Of a stretch of DNA of 64,000 nt, positions 40,264 through 51,445 are shown piece by piece. The stretch comes from Nitrosopumilaceae archaeon (GTDB taxonomy: Archaea > Thermoproteota > Nitrososphaeria > Nitrososphaerales > Nitrosopumilaceae): positions 1,408,001 through 1,472,000 of the forward strand of contig OZ242376.1 of NCBI GenBank assembly GCA_965209085.1, given 5' to 3'. The notes under the pieces were generated by a model. The model ran no database searches. It had not been told where the DNA came from and saw nothing but the letters and a program-made list of their open reading frames with translations. Every line of letters starts with the position of its first letter. Position 1 is the stretch's first letter. The position numbers and the translations under genes were made by a program.

Positions 40264-41013
40264 ATGATTCTGATAAAACTTGGCGGCTCGGTCATAACCG
40301 AAAAGAAAAAACCTCAAACGCCCAGAAAAAAAATCATAGTAAAAATAGGCCGTGCAATATCCAAAATCACAGAACCGGTAATCATAGTTCACGGAGGCGG
40401 CTCGTTTGGTCATTTTTGGTCCGTAAAATACGACATGCATACAAAAGAGGCAAAATACGCGCCAAAAGGAGTGGCGACGGTAAAAAATTCAATGGTTGCT
40501 CTAAATAATATTGTGCTAGATGGACTGTTAAAAGGCGGTACTGCGCCGTACTGTTCTCCGCCATTTGGCATAACGCGCGCGGGAAAACTTTTGCCGCACG
40601 GGGTAAAAGAGATTGCAGAAATTGCCAGATACGGGCTCGTACCGGTAACATATGGGGATGCCATGTGGCATTCCAAGGGTAAGTCGTTTATACTATCAGG
40701 GGATAGAATAATGACAATGTTGGCGCTGGCTTTAAAACCCAAAATGTGCATATTTGCCACAAACGTGGACGGTCTTTATGAAAATCTTGCAGGCGGTAAA
40801 CTGATACGCAATGCAGACAAAGGCAATGCAAAAATTCTCGCCGTAATGACGGATGTGACAGGCGGTATGATGCGCAAGGTAATGGAGGCAAAAAAAATAT
40901 CCAGCATGGGTACAGATGTATATTTTGTAAACGGCAACAAACCGGACAGGATTGCAGCAGCAGCAGGGGGGAGAAAATTCCCGTGCACGAAATTTGGAGG
41001 TAGGAAACGATGA
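40264..41013 (+). CDS. ipk: Isopentenyl phosphate kinase
   Basis: IKLGGSVIT, HGGGSFGH, SGD, DVTGGM. Confidence 0.92.
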   Translation: MILIKLGGSVITEKKKPQTPRKKIIVKIGRAISKITEPVIIVHGGGSFGHFWSVKYDMHTKEAKYAPKGVATVKNSMVALNNIVLDGLLKGGTAPYCSPPFGITRAGKLLPHGVKEIAEIARYGLVPVTYGDAMWHSKGKSFILSGDRIMTMLALALKPKMCIFATNVDGLYENLAGGKLIRNADKGNAKILAVMTDVTGGMMRKVMEAKKISSMGTDVYFVNGNKPDRIAAAAGGRKFPCTKFGGRKR

Positions 41014-41648
41014 CCGAAATGCTAGTCAGAGTTGACGAGAGTGACAATCAAATTGGAACCGAGGAGAAAGTAAAATGCCACCAGATAGACGGCATGCTCC
41101 ACAGAGCTTTTACAGCACTGCTTTTTGATTCAAACGGAAAATTATGTTTGTGCAAAAGAAGCGCATCAAAAATGCTCTGGCCCAGCTACTGGGACGGAAC
41201 ATATGCAAGCCATCCACGTGAAAACGAATCCTATGCGGATTCTGGAATTCGCCGCATGCCAGACGAGGTTGGAGCAGTATGCCCAGTAGATTATCTGAAT
41301 AAATTTGAATATCACGTACCCTACAAGGATATAGGTTCAGAAAACGAGATATGTGCAACGCTAATTGGCGTTATAGATGATGCAAGAATAATTGATCCAA
41401 AACCTGAAGAGGTAAGCCAGGTTAGATGGGTTACATCAGATGAAATCTCAGGTTTGCTGCGCGAGGATCCCGCCTCGTACTGTCCGTGGATGATAATAGC
41501 GCTGTACTTTATGCGCGATTCAAAAAAAGACATTCTGCAAAAATATGCAGGCGTGTTAAATGACTGGCTTGGGGAGGATTTGCGCTCGCAGTTTTTACCG
41601 GCAATCAAAAAACACATGTCTGAGGACAAATGGAGGCTGTTGCGTTGA
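41010..41648 (+). CDS. idi: Isopentenyl-diphosphate delta-isomerase, type 1
   Basis: LHRAF, KMLWP..W..SHP, ENEIC, EEV. Confidence 0.92.
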   Translation: MTEMLVRVDESDNQIGTEEKVKCHQIDGMLHRAFTALLFDSNGKLCLCKRSASKMLWPSYWDGTYASHPRENESYADSGIRRMPDEVGAVCPVDYLNKFEYHVPYKDIGSENEICATLIGVIDDARIIDPKPEEVSQVRWVTSDEISGLLREDPASYCPWMIIALYFMRDSKKDILQKYAGVLNDWLGEDLRSQFLPAIKKHMSEDKWRLLR

Positions 41649-42625
41649 ATATAAAACAGATACAAAAAAACGGCACATCGCTAAACAGCCGCATAAATTC
41701 GGCCATAAACGGCAAACCTGATGCGCTGTATGATGCAGCATTGCATATGATATCAAATGGGGGCAAACGGCTGCGCCCGTACATGGCAATCAAGAGCTGC
41801 ATTATGCTTGGCGGTAAAAAATCAGACGCTGTACCGGCAGCTCTGGCAATAGAAATGATACATAATTTTACGCTCGTGCATGACGATATTATGGACAATG
41901 ATGAAATTCGCCACGGCATCCCAACCGTGCATAAAAAATACGGCCTGCCTGTTGCAATACTTGCAGGAGATGTGCTTTTTTCAAAGGCTTTTGAAACTGT
42001 TGCATGTTCAAAAATTCCGCAAAAGATATCCTCAGGGCTTACAGAAAAGCTTGCAAAAGCGTGCACGGATGTGTGTGAGGGACAAATGTTAGATATTGGC
42101 ATGGCAACTGCCAAAAAAATTCCCACCAGGTCTCAGTATATCGAAATGATCCGGAAAAAAACTTCGGCTCTCTTTGATGCAGCGTGTTCAATGGGTGCAA
42201 TATCTGCAGGAGCACCGGTAAAAGATATTGTAAAGCTTGGATCATTTGGCAACAGTCTTGGAATCGCATTTCAGATAACTGACGATATAATAGGTGCAAT
42301 GGGGGATTCATCCGTAACCAAAAAGCCCGTAGGAAACGACATCAGAGAGGGTAAAAAATCCATGCCCATACTTGTTGCACTTGAAAGATCAAACAGTACG
42401 CAGCGCAGAGCCATTTCAAAATGTTTTGGCAACAAACATTCCACAAAATCAGATCTAAAGGCGGCAGTTTTGGCGATGCGTGAGTCAGGTGCCGAAAAAG
42501 AATCAAGGGATATTGCCAAAAAATATGCGCGTTCTGCGGCAGGATCGCTTTTAGCGTATTCAGGATCCTCCTCCAAGGGGGAATTAATCGGCCTTTTGGA
42601 CTTTATTTTAAAGAGGGAACAGTAG
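41630..42625 (+). CDS. Polyprenyl (GGPP) synthase
   Basis: GGKRLRP, HDDIMD..RHG, FQITDD. Confidence 0.94.
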   Translation: MEAVALNIKQIQKNGTSLNSRINSAINGKPDALYDAALHMISNGGKRLRPYMAIKSCIMLGGKKSDAVPAALAIEMIHNFTLVHDDIMDNDEIRHGIPTVHKKYGLPVAILAGDVLFSKAFETVACSKIPQKISSGLTEKLAKACTDVCEGQMLDIGMATAKKIPTRSQYIEMIRKKTSALFDAACSMGAISAGAPVKDIVKLGSFGNSLGIAFQITDDIIGAMGDSSVTKKPVGNDIREGKKSMPILVALERSNSTQRRAISKCFGNKHSTKSDLKAAVLAMRESGAEKESRDIAKKYARSAAGSLLAYSGSSSKGELIGLLDFILKREQ

Positions 42626-42626
42626 G

Positions 42627-44333
42627 ATGGACGAGAATCTCATAAAAGAGATCAGAGGTTTTGCCCTGCAAAACGCCAGTGCCCATGGCGGAAGCACTGA
42701 CTCAAAAATTATAGTTGGTAAAATTCTAGGTTCAAGACCGGAACTTCGTGCCATGACAGGGGAAATAATCCCGCAGATACAGTCCATTGTAAAGGAGGTA
42801 AACGCCATGTCTGCAGCGGATCAGAGCGTAGAATTGAAATCATCATATCCGGATCTTGCAAAACCAAAGCCAAAACAGGCGCAACGTGGACTCCCAGAGC
42901 TCAAAGATGCAAAAAAAGGTGGCGTGATTACAAGATTTCCGCCAGAACCTAGCGGTTATCCGCACATAGGACACGCAAAGGCTGCAATCATAAACGAACA
43001 GTACGTGCAAATGTACGGTGGCAAAAAAATACTCCGTATGGATGATACAAATCCGGAGAGTGAGAGACTCGAGTATTATGCTGCAATAAAAGTGGGTCTT
43101 GAGTGGCTTGGCATAGAATATGATATCGTAAAGAACACCTCTGATGATATCGACATGCTTTTGAGAAAGGGTGCTGCGCTTGCAAATTCCGGAGACATTT
43201 ATGTATGCACGTGCAAACGCGATCAGGTGCGCGATAACCGCGCGGCAAAAAAAGAATGCAAGTGCAGAAAACTTGACGTATCTGATGCAATGGAAAGATG
43301 GGACAAAATGTTTGAAAAATACAAACCTGGACAGGCTGTTGCAAGATTGCGCGGCGATATGAGCTCAGATAATACTGTAATGCGTGACCCCGTAATGTTC
43401 CGCATCGTAGAAGGCAAACATCCTCTGCTTGGAACAAAGTATCCGGTCTGGCCAAGCTATGATTTTGCAATATCCATAGAGGATAGTGTGGACGGCGTAA
43501 CTCATGCATTCCGCTCCAAAGAATACGAGATGCGCGCCCAGTTGTACTATGACATACTAGAGAGGCTCTCCATGAGAAAGCCTCAGGTTTTGGTCTTCTC
43601 AAGGCTCTCTTTGGATGGCATGCCCGTATCAAAGCGTCTGATAAGACCCCTCATAGAAGAGGGCAAGGTTTCAGGATACGATGATCCGCGCCTGCCCACC
43701 ATCGAGGCGCTAAAACGCAGAGGCATAACTTCTGATGCTGTAAGAAAATTCGTCATCTCTTTGGGCATGACAAAATCAGATACGATAGCCCCATTTGATT
43801 CGCTTGTGGCATTTAACAGACAGATTATAGATCCATCCTGTGTGAGGCTCTTTATGGTAAAAGAACCAGTAAAGTGTCTGATATCAGGTCCTCTCCCATC
43901 GGAGATTAAAATTGCAAACCATCCAACACAGGACATGGGAGAGCGTACGGTGCGCGTAAGCAGAAGCGTATATCTGGAGAAATCAGACGTTGATGGCCTA
44001 AAGTCTGGATCCATGCTGCGTCTTTTGGGGCTTGGCAATATTCGAATAAACAGAGTCGATGAACAGTTGGATGCTGAATACATAGATGATGATCACAGCT
44101 TGAAGATTCCAAAGGTGCAGTGGGTCTCAGAGGATGGAGCCTGCGAGGTAAAACTGTTGGTGCCCGGAGCCTTGTTCATCGGAGACAAGTTTAACGAAAA
44201 AAGCATGGTAGAGACAAAAACATTTGTAGAGGCACACTATGCATCTCTCAAAGAAGGACAGATGGCACAAATGGTTAGAGTCGGATACTGTAGAAAAGAA
44301 TCTCAAAAAATGGCAGTATACACCCACGGGTAG
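42627..44333 (+). CDS. gltX: Glutamate--tRNA ligase
   Basis: RFPPEPSGYPHIGH, DDTNP, DDPRLPT. Confidence 0.97.
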   Translation: MDENLIKEIRGFALQNASAHGGSTDSKIIVGKILGSRPELRAMTGEIIPQIQSIVKEVNAMSAADQSVELKSSYPDLAKPKPKQAQRGLPELKDAKKGGVITRFPPEPSGYPHIGHAKAAIINEQYVQMYGGKKILRMDDTNPESERLEYYAAIKVGLEWLGIEYDIVKNTSDDIDMLLRKGAALANSGDIYVCTCKRDQVRDNRAAKKECKCRKLDVSDAMERWDKMFEKYKPGQAVARLRGDMSSDNTVMRDPVMFRIVEGKHPLLGTKYPVWPSYDFAISIEDSVDGVTHAFRSKEYEMRAQLYYDILERLSMRKPQVLVFSRLSLDGMPVSKRLIRPLIEEGKVSGYDDPRLPTIEALKRRGITSDAVRKFVISLGMTKSDTIAPFDSLVAFNRQIIDPSCVRLFMVKEPVKCLISGPLPSEIKIANHPTQDMGERTVRVSRSVYLEKSDVDGLKSGSMLRLLGLGNIRINRVDEQLDAEYIDDDHSLKIPKVQWVSEDGACEVKLLVPGALFIGDKFNEKSMVETKTFVEAHYASLKEGQMAQMVRVGYCRKESQKMAVYTHG

Positions 44334-44338
44334 TTTAA

Positions 44339-45202
44339 ATGAAAATTGCAAGAATAAAATTTGACGGTTATGAGACTTATGGTTTTGTCCGAAACGGCAA
44401 AATATCCACCAAAGATGAGATGATAGACAATACAGGCATACCCCTTCCCCAGGAAATCAAGGAATTTTTATTTGACGGCTGGTTTGAAGAGGTAATGCGT
44501 AAAAATCCAAAGCTGCCGTACGCATTAGATCTCTCAGATATTCAACTGCTCGCTCCGATTCCAAACCCGCCGAAGATAATCTGTCTTGCATTCAACTATT
44601 CAAAACATGCCAAAGAGCAGGGAGTCTCCTCGCCAAAAGATCCGGTTCCTGTGATGAAGCCCCGTACTGCCCTGTGCGGCAGTGGCGCTAAAATCGAGCT
44701 TGCAGATCCGGTAAAGGATCTAGATTACGAGGCAGAGCTTGCGCTGATAATTGGAAAGAGATGTAAAAATGCAAGTTTAGAGGATGCAAAAAAAGCCGTA
44801 TTTGGGTATATGGTGCTCAACGACGTTTCTGCCCGGGATATACAGTTCAAAGACGGACAGTTTACCCGTGCAAAAGGATTTGATACGTTTGCTCCGTGCG
44901 GTCCGTGGATTACAACAGCAGATGAGATAAATGATCCCAATAATCTGTATATAAAAACAAGGGTAAATGATCAGATGCGTCAGAATTCATCCACTAGTAA
45001 GATGACTGTAAAACCGTACGAGGTTGTATCAAAACTAAGCTCCACCATGACTTTGGAGAGTGGGGATATCATATCAACAGGAACTCCGGCCGGCGTCGTT
45101 TTGGGCAGCAATTTGAAATATCTGCAGGATGGAGACGTTATTCACATTGAAATTGAAAATCTTGGCCACATTAGCAACACCGTAAAAGACATCAGAGGGT
45201 AG
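44339..45202 (+). CDS. Fumarylacetoacetate hydrolase family protein
   Basis: DYEAELA, NDVSARD, KGFDTF, TGTPAGV. Confidence 0.93.
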   Translation: MKIARIKFDGYETYGFVRNGKISTKDEMIDNTGIPLPQEIKEFLFDGWFEEVMRKNPKLPYALDLSDIQLLAPIPNPPKIICLAFNYSKHAKEQGVSSPKDPVPVMKPRTALCGSGAKIELADPVKDLDYEAELALIIGKRCKNASLEDAKKAVFGYMVLNDVSARDIQFKDGQFTRAKGFDTFAPCGPWITTADEINDPNNLYIKTRVNDQMRQNSSTSKMTVKPYEVVSKLSSTMTLESGDIISTGTPAGVVLGSNLKYLQDGDVIHIEIENLGHISNTVKDIRG

Positions 45203-46091
45203 ATTTTCTGTATGCAAGCATGCATGCGCCATATACGCCGGCAGCGTCTCCGAGTTTGTTTTTTAATATCGGGGTTTTTACATTGCCCAATCCTAACTGG
45301 TGCATCCGCATTGCCCCTTCGGTGTACAAAAAATCCACATTTGATACTCCGCCTCCCAGTATTATCACGTCCGGATCAAGTATTGCCACAACGTTTCCAA
45401 GCCCCACTGCAAAGTCGTGCAAAAATTCATCTTTCCACCGCATCTCTGCCTTGCCATCTCCAAGGGATTGGATTATCTCTTTTAGCGGTTTTTTTGCATT
45501 TCCTGTCAGATTTGACCATCTCTGCTCCAATGCCGTGCCAGAGATGTGCGCCTCTACGCATCCGTATTTGCCGCAATAGCATGCAAATCCTCCGCTAGGA
45601 TGTATGCTATGATGCCCCCATTCGCCTGCAGCATACGTGGCACCTCCGTATATGCTGCCGTTTATCACGATGCCGCCTCCCACGCCAGTTCCCATTATTG
45701 CGCCAAAGACGGTTCCGTATCCCATTCCAGATCCTGCAGCCGATTCGGCCAGGGCAAAACAGTTTGCATCATTTTCCACTGTAACGTTTATTCCAAGTTT
45801 TTGCTGTAAATCGGATGTAAAATTTTTTCCAGCAAGACACTGCGTATTGCTGTTTTTTATTATTCCCGTCGGGGCACTTCCGGGTGTGCATATTCCAACA
45901 GGACATATGCCGGATGATGAATTTTTCACAAGATCTTTTACCATACGTGTAATTGTTTCCAGTATTTTTTCATAATCGTTTTTTGGAGTTTGCAGACGTA
46001 TTTTTTTAATATGATTTGTGGCAAAACCGGATACAAAAACGCCTTCTATCTTTGTTCCACCCAAATCTATGCCGACACATTCGTACGGCAT
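45192..46091 (-). CDS. ROK family sugar kinase (Mak/fructokinase-like)
   Basis: GIDLGGTK, ENDANC, GTGVGGG, GEWGH, CYCGKYGCVE. Confidence 0.92.
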   Translation of the reverse strand: MPYECVGIDLGGTKIEGVFVSGFATNHIKKIRLQTPKNDYEKILETITRMVKDLVKNSSSGICPVGICTPGSAPTGIIKNSNTQCLAGKNFTSDLQQKLGINVTVENDANCFALAESAAGSGMGYGTVFGAIMGTGVGGGIVINGSIYGGATYAAGEWGHHSIHPSGGFACYCGKYGCVEAHISGTALEQRWSNLTGNAKKPLKEIIQSLGDGKAEMRWKDEFLHDFAVGLGNVVAILDPDVIILGGGVSNVDFLYTEGAMRMHQLGLGNVKTPILKNKLGDAAGVYGACMLAYRKSTL

Positions 46092-46108
46092 TGTACAGCA
46101 GATTATCC

Positions 46109-47734
46109 TTATCCCATTGGCGGCATGCCGCCGGCAGATCCTGGACCTCCGGATACGGCAATGACGTCATCTATACGTAATATCATGGTTGCAGCCTCTG
46201 TTGCTGATTTTACAATCTGCTCTTTGACCGCCGTTGGTTCCACGATATCAAGATGAAACATGTCTACGATTTTTGAATTTCTAGCATCAATGCCGGTCCA
46301 TTTCTGACCCTGGCTTTGTTTTGCACGAAGCGTTGCCAAAGTATCAATTGGATCCATTCCAGCATTCTCAGATATTGTCATAGGTATTGATTCTAGCGCT
46401 TCTGCGTATTTTTTAATCGCAAGCTGCTCTCTGCCGTCAAAAGCGTTCGCCCATTCCTTTAGATTCATTGCAATATACGCTTCTGGAGATCCGCCGCCTG
46501 CCACAATGGAGGGTTTTTCGATCACATCTTTGACAACCATGAGGGAGTCATGGATTGAACGATCAACCTCGTCTATTACGCGCTGTGTTCCGCCGCGTAT
46601 CAAGAGCGTGACAGAGCGAGGGTTGCTGCATCCTTCTATGAAGACCCACTTGTCTGATTCTATTTTTCGCTGTTCAACCTTGTTTGCGTTTCCAAGATCA
46701 GCTGAGGTTATATCGTTAATGTTTGATATTACCCGACCGCCTGTGGCTTTGGCAAGTTTTGTCATGTCACTTTCTTTGATACGGCGTACTGCCAAAATTC
46801 CGTATTTTGCAAGATAGTGCTGTGCCAAATCGTCTATGCCTTTTTGACACAGTAATACGTTTACTCCCGCGTTGTGCAGTTTGTCCACCATTGTCTTTAG
46901 CATGCGGTTTTCCTCATCTAGAAACATCTGCATTTGGTTTGGGTCGCTAATTCTAATTTCAGAGCTAATCTCAGTTTTTTCAATTTCCAAAGCTGAGTTA
47001 AACAGTGCAATCTTTGCATTTTGCATGCGTGTTGGCATTCCACTGTGTACAACTTCTTTGTCCAATACAATTCCTTTAATGACTGAAGTATCCTGGATTG
47101 ATCCTCCCGCTTTTTTCTCGACTTTGATGTCATCTAGATCAACTGTAAATTTTTCCGCGTTTCTTACCACAATACTCATAATTGCTTTTACCACCACTTT
47201 GGAGAGCGGATCCCCGTCTTCGGAGATTAATTTTGACTGCATACTGGTTTTTGCAATTTTTAGTAAAATTTCCTCATCATCGGGTTTTACTATTTTGGCC
47301 ATGCCTTGCAACAGTTCCAGTGTTTTTTCTGATGCCAACTGATATCCTTCAACGATTACGGATGAATGGACGTTTCTTTTGAGTAAATCTTCGGCTTTTT
47401 CTAACAGGGCACCGCCAAACACCACAGATGATGTTGTGCCATCGCCTACTTCGTTGTCCACGGTTTTTGCAATTTCAACCATCATTTTTGCCGCAGGATG
47501 CTGCACGTCTATCTCTTTTAGTATTGTCGCACCATCGTTTGTTATCGTGACATCGCCCAGCGAGTCAACAAGCATCTTGTCCAAACCACGAGGACCAAGG
47601 CTAGATCGCACCAAATCTGCTACAAGTTTTGCAGCCGTAATGTTGTTTTGCTGTGCTTCCTTGCCTTTTTGCTGCAGGGCACTCTCTTTAAGGACTATAA
47701 CAGGACCCTGAGGAGTTTGCTGTATTGATGCCAT
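46109..47734 (-). CDS. ths: Thermosome (group II chaperonin) subunit
   Basis: LGPRGLDKML, TNDGATIL, GDGTTS, GGM tail. Confidence 0.97.
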   Translation of the reverse strand: MASIQQTPQGPVIVLKESALQQKGKEAQQNNITAAKLVADLVRSSLGPRGLDKMLVDSLGDVTITNDGATILKEIDVQHPAAKMMVEIAKTVDNEVGDGTTSSVVFGGALLEKAEDLLKRNVHSSVIVEGYQLASEKTLELLQGMAKIVKPDDEEILLKIAKTSMQSKLISEDGDPLSKVVVKAIMSIVVRNAEKFTVDLDDIKVEKKAGGSIQDTSVIKGIVLDKEVVHSGMPTRMQNAKIALFNSALEIEKTEISSEIRISDPNQMQMFLDEENRMLKTMVDKLHNAGVNVLLCQKGIDDLAQHYLAKYGILAVRRIKESDMTKLAKATGGRVISNINDITSADLGNANKVEQRKIESDKWVFIEGCSNPRSVTLLIRGGTQRVIDEVDRSIHDSLMVVKDVIEKPSIVAGGGSPEAYIAMNLKEWANAFDGREQLAIKKYAEALESIPMTISENAGMDPIDTLATLRAKQSQGQKWTGIDARNSKIVDMFHLDIVEPTAVKEQIVKSATEAATMILRIDDVIAVSGGPGSAGGMPPMG

Positions 47735-47779
47735 GAATTTAATCTATAATGAACCCATATTTATGATGTTCGTATGCGA

Positions 47780-49543
47780 TTATTGCAGTGGTTTTACGTA
47801 TGCGTGCTCTTTTACGTTTACAATGCCCCCGGCAGTTATCCTCACCGAAGGTATTGCTAAAAACGGCAAAAACAGCGGTACAAGATGAGGTCTTGAAAAA
47901 TTGCAGCCAGCATCATGCAAAATGTCACCTATTAATGCAAAGTTTTTTTCCACCTTGTTGAACGGATCAGAGGAGATTATGCCACCCACCTGTAGTGGCA
48001 TTTTGGCCAAGGTTTTTCCATCTTTGGTAACTGCCATACCGCCTCCGGACGAGCTGGCCTCATTTGCGGCAAGTGCCATATCCTGCTCGTTTGTACCAAG
48101 TACAATCAGATTGTTTTCATGAAAACTCCACGTGGATGCAAATGCGCCCACTTGTGCGCCAAAATTTTCAAGAAATCCCACCGCATGTTTGCCTCCAAGT
48201 CTGAGCCTATCAAATGCTGCAACTTTCCAGATATCCTTCCCAGGTGATGCACAGACGTTATTATCCCGTACCTCAAGTTGTGCCAAAGAAGCTCTTGTAA
48301 CAATTTCTGTTTCCATGCGTATAACGTTTGCAATTGCCTCATTGGAGTGTGATTTTATAGCAAAATCTTTTGCATGTAATTTTGCAATTTTTACCGTTTT
48401 GTACAGCCATGAAGGAATTGCGGGTTTTTTTGCACGCCGTATGATTTTACCTTTTGATGCGACCAGCGTACCTCCGAGAAACACTTTGTCGATGTTGCAT
48501 GGTTTTTTCAAATTTTCTAAAACCAACATGTCTGCAAGTCGTCCCGGCGCTATTCCCCCAAGGTCTCCGGACATTCCATAATAATCAAAACAGTTTCTAG
48601 ACGCGATTGTTATCGCCCGTACCGGATCCATTCCAAGATCTATTGATTTTTGCACGCAATGATCAATATGGCCGAATTTTTGTATATCTTTTGTATCCAA
48701 TCCGTCCGTACAGAACATCATACGATCCGTGTACGTATTTTTTAAGAGAACGTCGTTTATGATACGATCCAAATCCCGCCGTATGGATCCCTCGCGCACC
48801 ATTACCCACATGCCAAGTCTGAGGCGTTCAATAGTCTGTGCAAAATCAGTGGGTTCATGGCACGAAATGATTCCTGATGCAACGTATGCGGCAAGTTTTT
48901 TTCCCGAAGCTCCGGCAGTATGGCCGTTTACAATGCAATTCTCATCTAGTGCATATCCAATTTTACGCATTGTTTTACGATCCTGGTTTGTAACCTTTGT
49001 CCAGGAAAACACCTCGCCAAGTCCCACTGTGTCAGAATCACGCAGTGCGGATTTTTCCTGTGATTCTGTCAGTGATTTTGCGCCGCTGAATTTTGGATCT
49101 ACTGGAAGTCCTCCCGGAATGGTGTGAAATATTCTCATCGGCGTGCATTTTGTCATTTTTTGAAATGCTAAAAATCCCCGATATCCGGCGACGCTTGTGA
49201 TATCTATTGAATCGGCAAACAGTGTGGTTGTTCCATGCAAGAGTGATTTTTCTGCCAAATCCCATGGCAGTACAAATTGGTCAATGTGCGTATGAGGATC
49301 CGCAAATCCTGGAACAAGGTATTTTCCGTCCATCTGATAGGTTTTTGTTCTTGACCCTATGGTATGTGCCGCATCATATCCCACATATGCAATGCGTCCG
49401 TTCGCCACGGCAATCTGCGTATCTGGAATAATCTCTCCAGTATACACAGAAACAAGCGTACATCCTCCAAGTACAAGATCAGCTTTTTTCCGCCCCATAG
49501 CCACGTCGTTTAACACGTTTATCGATTTAGAGAGTTTTTCCAC
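47780..49543 (-). CDS. ade: Adenine deaminase
   Basis: PGFADPHTHID, CHE, REGS, FCTD, IAPGRLAD. Confidence 0.88.
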   Translation of the reverse strand: MEKLSKSINVLNDVAMGRKKADLVLGGCTLVSVYTGEIIPDTQIAVANGRIAYVGYDAAHTIGSRTKTYQMDGKYLVPGFADPHTHIDQFVLPWDLAEKSLLHGTTTLFADSIDITSVAGYRGFLAFQKMTKCTPMRIFHTIPGGLPVDPKFSGAKSLTESQEKSALRDSDTVGLGEVFSWTKVTNQDRKTMRKIGYALDENCIVNGHTAGASGKKLAAYVASGIISCHEPTDFAQTIERLRLGMWVMVREGSIRRDLDRIINDVLLKNTYTDRMMFCTDGLDTKDIQKFGHIDHCVQKSIDLGMDPVRAITIASRNCFDYYGMSGDLGGIAPGRLADMLVLENLKKPCNIDKVFLGGTLVASKGKIIRRAKKPAIPSWLYKTVKIAKLHAKDFAIKSHSNEAIANVIRMETEIVTRASLAQLEVRDNNVCASPGKDIWKVAAFDRLRLGGKHAVGFLENFGAQVGAFASTWSFHENNLIVLGTNEQDMALAANEASSSGGGMAVTKDGKTLAKMPLQVGGIISSDPFNKVEKNFALIGDILHDAGCNFSRPHLVPLFLPFLAIPSVRITAGGIVNVKEHAYVKPLQ

Positions 49544-49677
49544 ACATATTTTCAGACGTTTGTCCTAAATTAATTATAGCAACTTGAATCCATAGGTGCG
49601 CATTTTTAGAATTGTATTATCGTATATTGGGCAAGAATTTTTTAATCTTTAAATTGAAGACTAGAGGCATCACGCCT

Positions 49678-49959
49678 ATGAACTATCCAAAGGAGATCAA
49701 AAGATACTGTCCAAAATGCAATAAACACACCACACAAAAGGTCTCCATATACAAGCCAGGAAAACGCAGGGCTTCTGCCATAGGGGAAAGACGTCACGCA
49801 GAAGATAAAAAAGGCTATGGGGGTCAGAAATTTCCAAAACTTGCAAAACCTGCCAAAGTAACGAAAAAAATTACGCGTCTGCTTACATGTCCAGTATGCA
49901 AAAAGAAATTCAACACATATGGAATCAGAATCAAGAAATTTGAGTTGGTGGCAGTATGA
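49678..49959 (+). CDS. rpl44e: 50S ribosomal protein eL42 (L44e)
   Basis: YCPKCNKHT, GYGGQ, CPVC. Confidence 0.97.
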   Translation: MNYPKEIKRYCPKCNKHTTQKVSIYKPGKRRASAIGERRHAEDKKGYGGQKFPKLAKPAKVTKKITRLLTCPVCKKKFNTYGIRIKKFELVAV

Positions 49960-50153
49960 AGAGAAACCATGTCCTAATTCCCGAACCAAGGAGTAATTTT
50001 AACAAAGTAAAATGCGACGAATGCAATGAAGAACAAATCGTATACTCTCATGCATCCACGCGCGTTACATGCAATTCGTGCGGAAATGACTTGGCAACTC
50101 CAACCGGATCTCTAGCCAAAATAAACGGAACAGTTTCAGGCAAAGTTGATTAA
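49956..50153 (+). CDS. rps27e: 30S ribosomal protein eS27
   Basis: VKCDEC..QIVYSHA..CNSC..PTG. Confidence 0.97.
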   Translation: MKRNHVLIPEPRSNFNKVKCDECNEEQIVYSHASTRVTCNSCGNDLATPTGSLAKINGTVSGKVD

Positions 50154-50717
50154 ATTTTCATAATCTTGCATCGTATTGATGTTTGTTCCCAGTTTTATCT
50201 CATCAAATATGACGTAATCCTCCCTTACCGGCGTATTTTTTCCAGCATATGAAGATGCATCTATCAGCATTGCTCCTGTATGCACGCATTCATTTTCCGT
50301 TCCAGGTCCGATAATTCCCAAAACGTCTGAAAATTTTTTTGTCATTACAAAGCTTGTCCAAACTGAATCTTTTTTGCACATTTTGATCATGCGCGTTAAC
50401 GTTTGTAAATCAAGAAGCGGCATATCGCCTGAAATTATCAAAACTTTTCCTTGCATATTTTCTAGCACATCCCCAAGATCTTCAGAATATCCATATCCGG
50501 CAGTACGTATTGTATGCATGCCCGCGCCTGCCAATACTGCTGCAGTATCTGGAGCGTTTGCGCTTGTAGCGCACAATATGCGGTCAAATAATCCAGAATC
50601 TGACAAAATTTTTACAGTGCGCACCACCATCGCCTCCCCGTTTATCTCCAACAACAGTTTCTCTCCGGCAGATTTCATACGGGTGCCGCGTCCACCTGCC
50701 ATCACTACGGCGTTCAT
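50136..50717 (-). CDS. cobY: Adenosylcobinamide-phosphate guanylyltransferase (MobA-like NTP transferase)
   Basis: MAGGRGTRM..EK, GYGYSEDL, NINT; in the cob cluster; start set at MNAVVM. Confidence 0.85.
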   Translation of the reverse strand: MNAVVMAGGRGTRMKSAGEKLLLEINGEAMVVRTVKILSDSGLFDRILCATSANAPDTAAVLAGAGMHTIRTAGYGYSEDLGDVLENMQGKVLIISGDMPLLDLQTLTRMIKMCKKDSVWTSFVMTKKFSDVLGIIGPGTENECVHTGAMLIDASSYAGKNTPVREDYVIFDEIKLGTNINTMQDYENLINFA

Positions 50718-51445
50718 GAGAGCACTACGTACGTGATGACAAACGATACTCGTCCTATCTCGTTTGCAGCTCCGATTACGTCCCCGGTTATTCCTCCAAA
50801 TCCGCGCTCTGCCAAAATTACAATTAAAACTGCTGCAATAGATGAGCATGCAATGGCTGCAATGGCTACAGGTCCTCCAAAGAGTGCCAAAGGGGCTAAA
50901 GCTGTGGCGGATGCGACATAAAGTCTCCATCTATGGCGCATTGCACGCACAAACGGCACACTAGAGCCTGTTTTTGAAGATGATCCAACAGATGCCACAA
51001 GCACCATGGAGAATTTTGCCGAAGATTCGCCAAAGAGCAGTATCCAAAAAATTGCCTCCCCGTCTGCAACCGAAAGGGCTGCCACCATTGCTGCGACATA
51101 CAATGTGATTGCTGCAACCCCTCCGGTTCCAACCGATACGTCCCTCATTGCGGCCAATTTTTCAGATATGGTGCCGCGCCTCATCAGTCCGTCTGCAAAA
51201 TCTGCCAGTCCGTCCGTATGGTGCAGTCCAGTAATCAGCATTGTTGCTGCAACCAGAAAAAATGCCGCAATTATATGATCCACTCCGGCATAATACAGTC
51301 CAAGACCTGCCATTCCAAGTACAAATCCCATTAAAAGACCGATGGCAGGAAATGCGTGCATGTTTTTTGCAGTATCCTCCAGCGTGTGCGAACCGGAGGG
51401 AACAATTGTTAAAAATGAAAAAACGGCAGAAAACATGTTAGACAT
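50714..51445 (-). CDS. cobS: Cobalamin synthase
   Basis: TGLHHTDGLADFADG, MRD, GGITGDVIGA.NE. Confidence 0.93.
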   Translation of the reverse strand: MSNMFSAVFSFLTIVPSGSHTLEDTAKNMHAFPAIGLLMGFVLGMAGLGLYYAGVDHIIAAFFLVAATMLITGLHHTDGLADFADGLMRRGTISEKLAAMRDVSVGTGGVAAITLYVAAMVAALSVADGEAIFWILLFGESSAKFSMVLVASVGSSSKTGSSVPFVRAMRHRWRLYVASATALAPLALFGGPVAIAAIACSSIAAVLIVILAERGFGGITGDVIGAANEIGRVSFVITYVVLS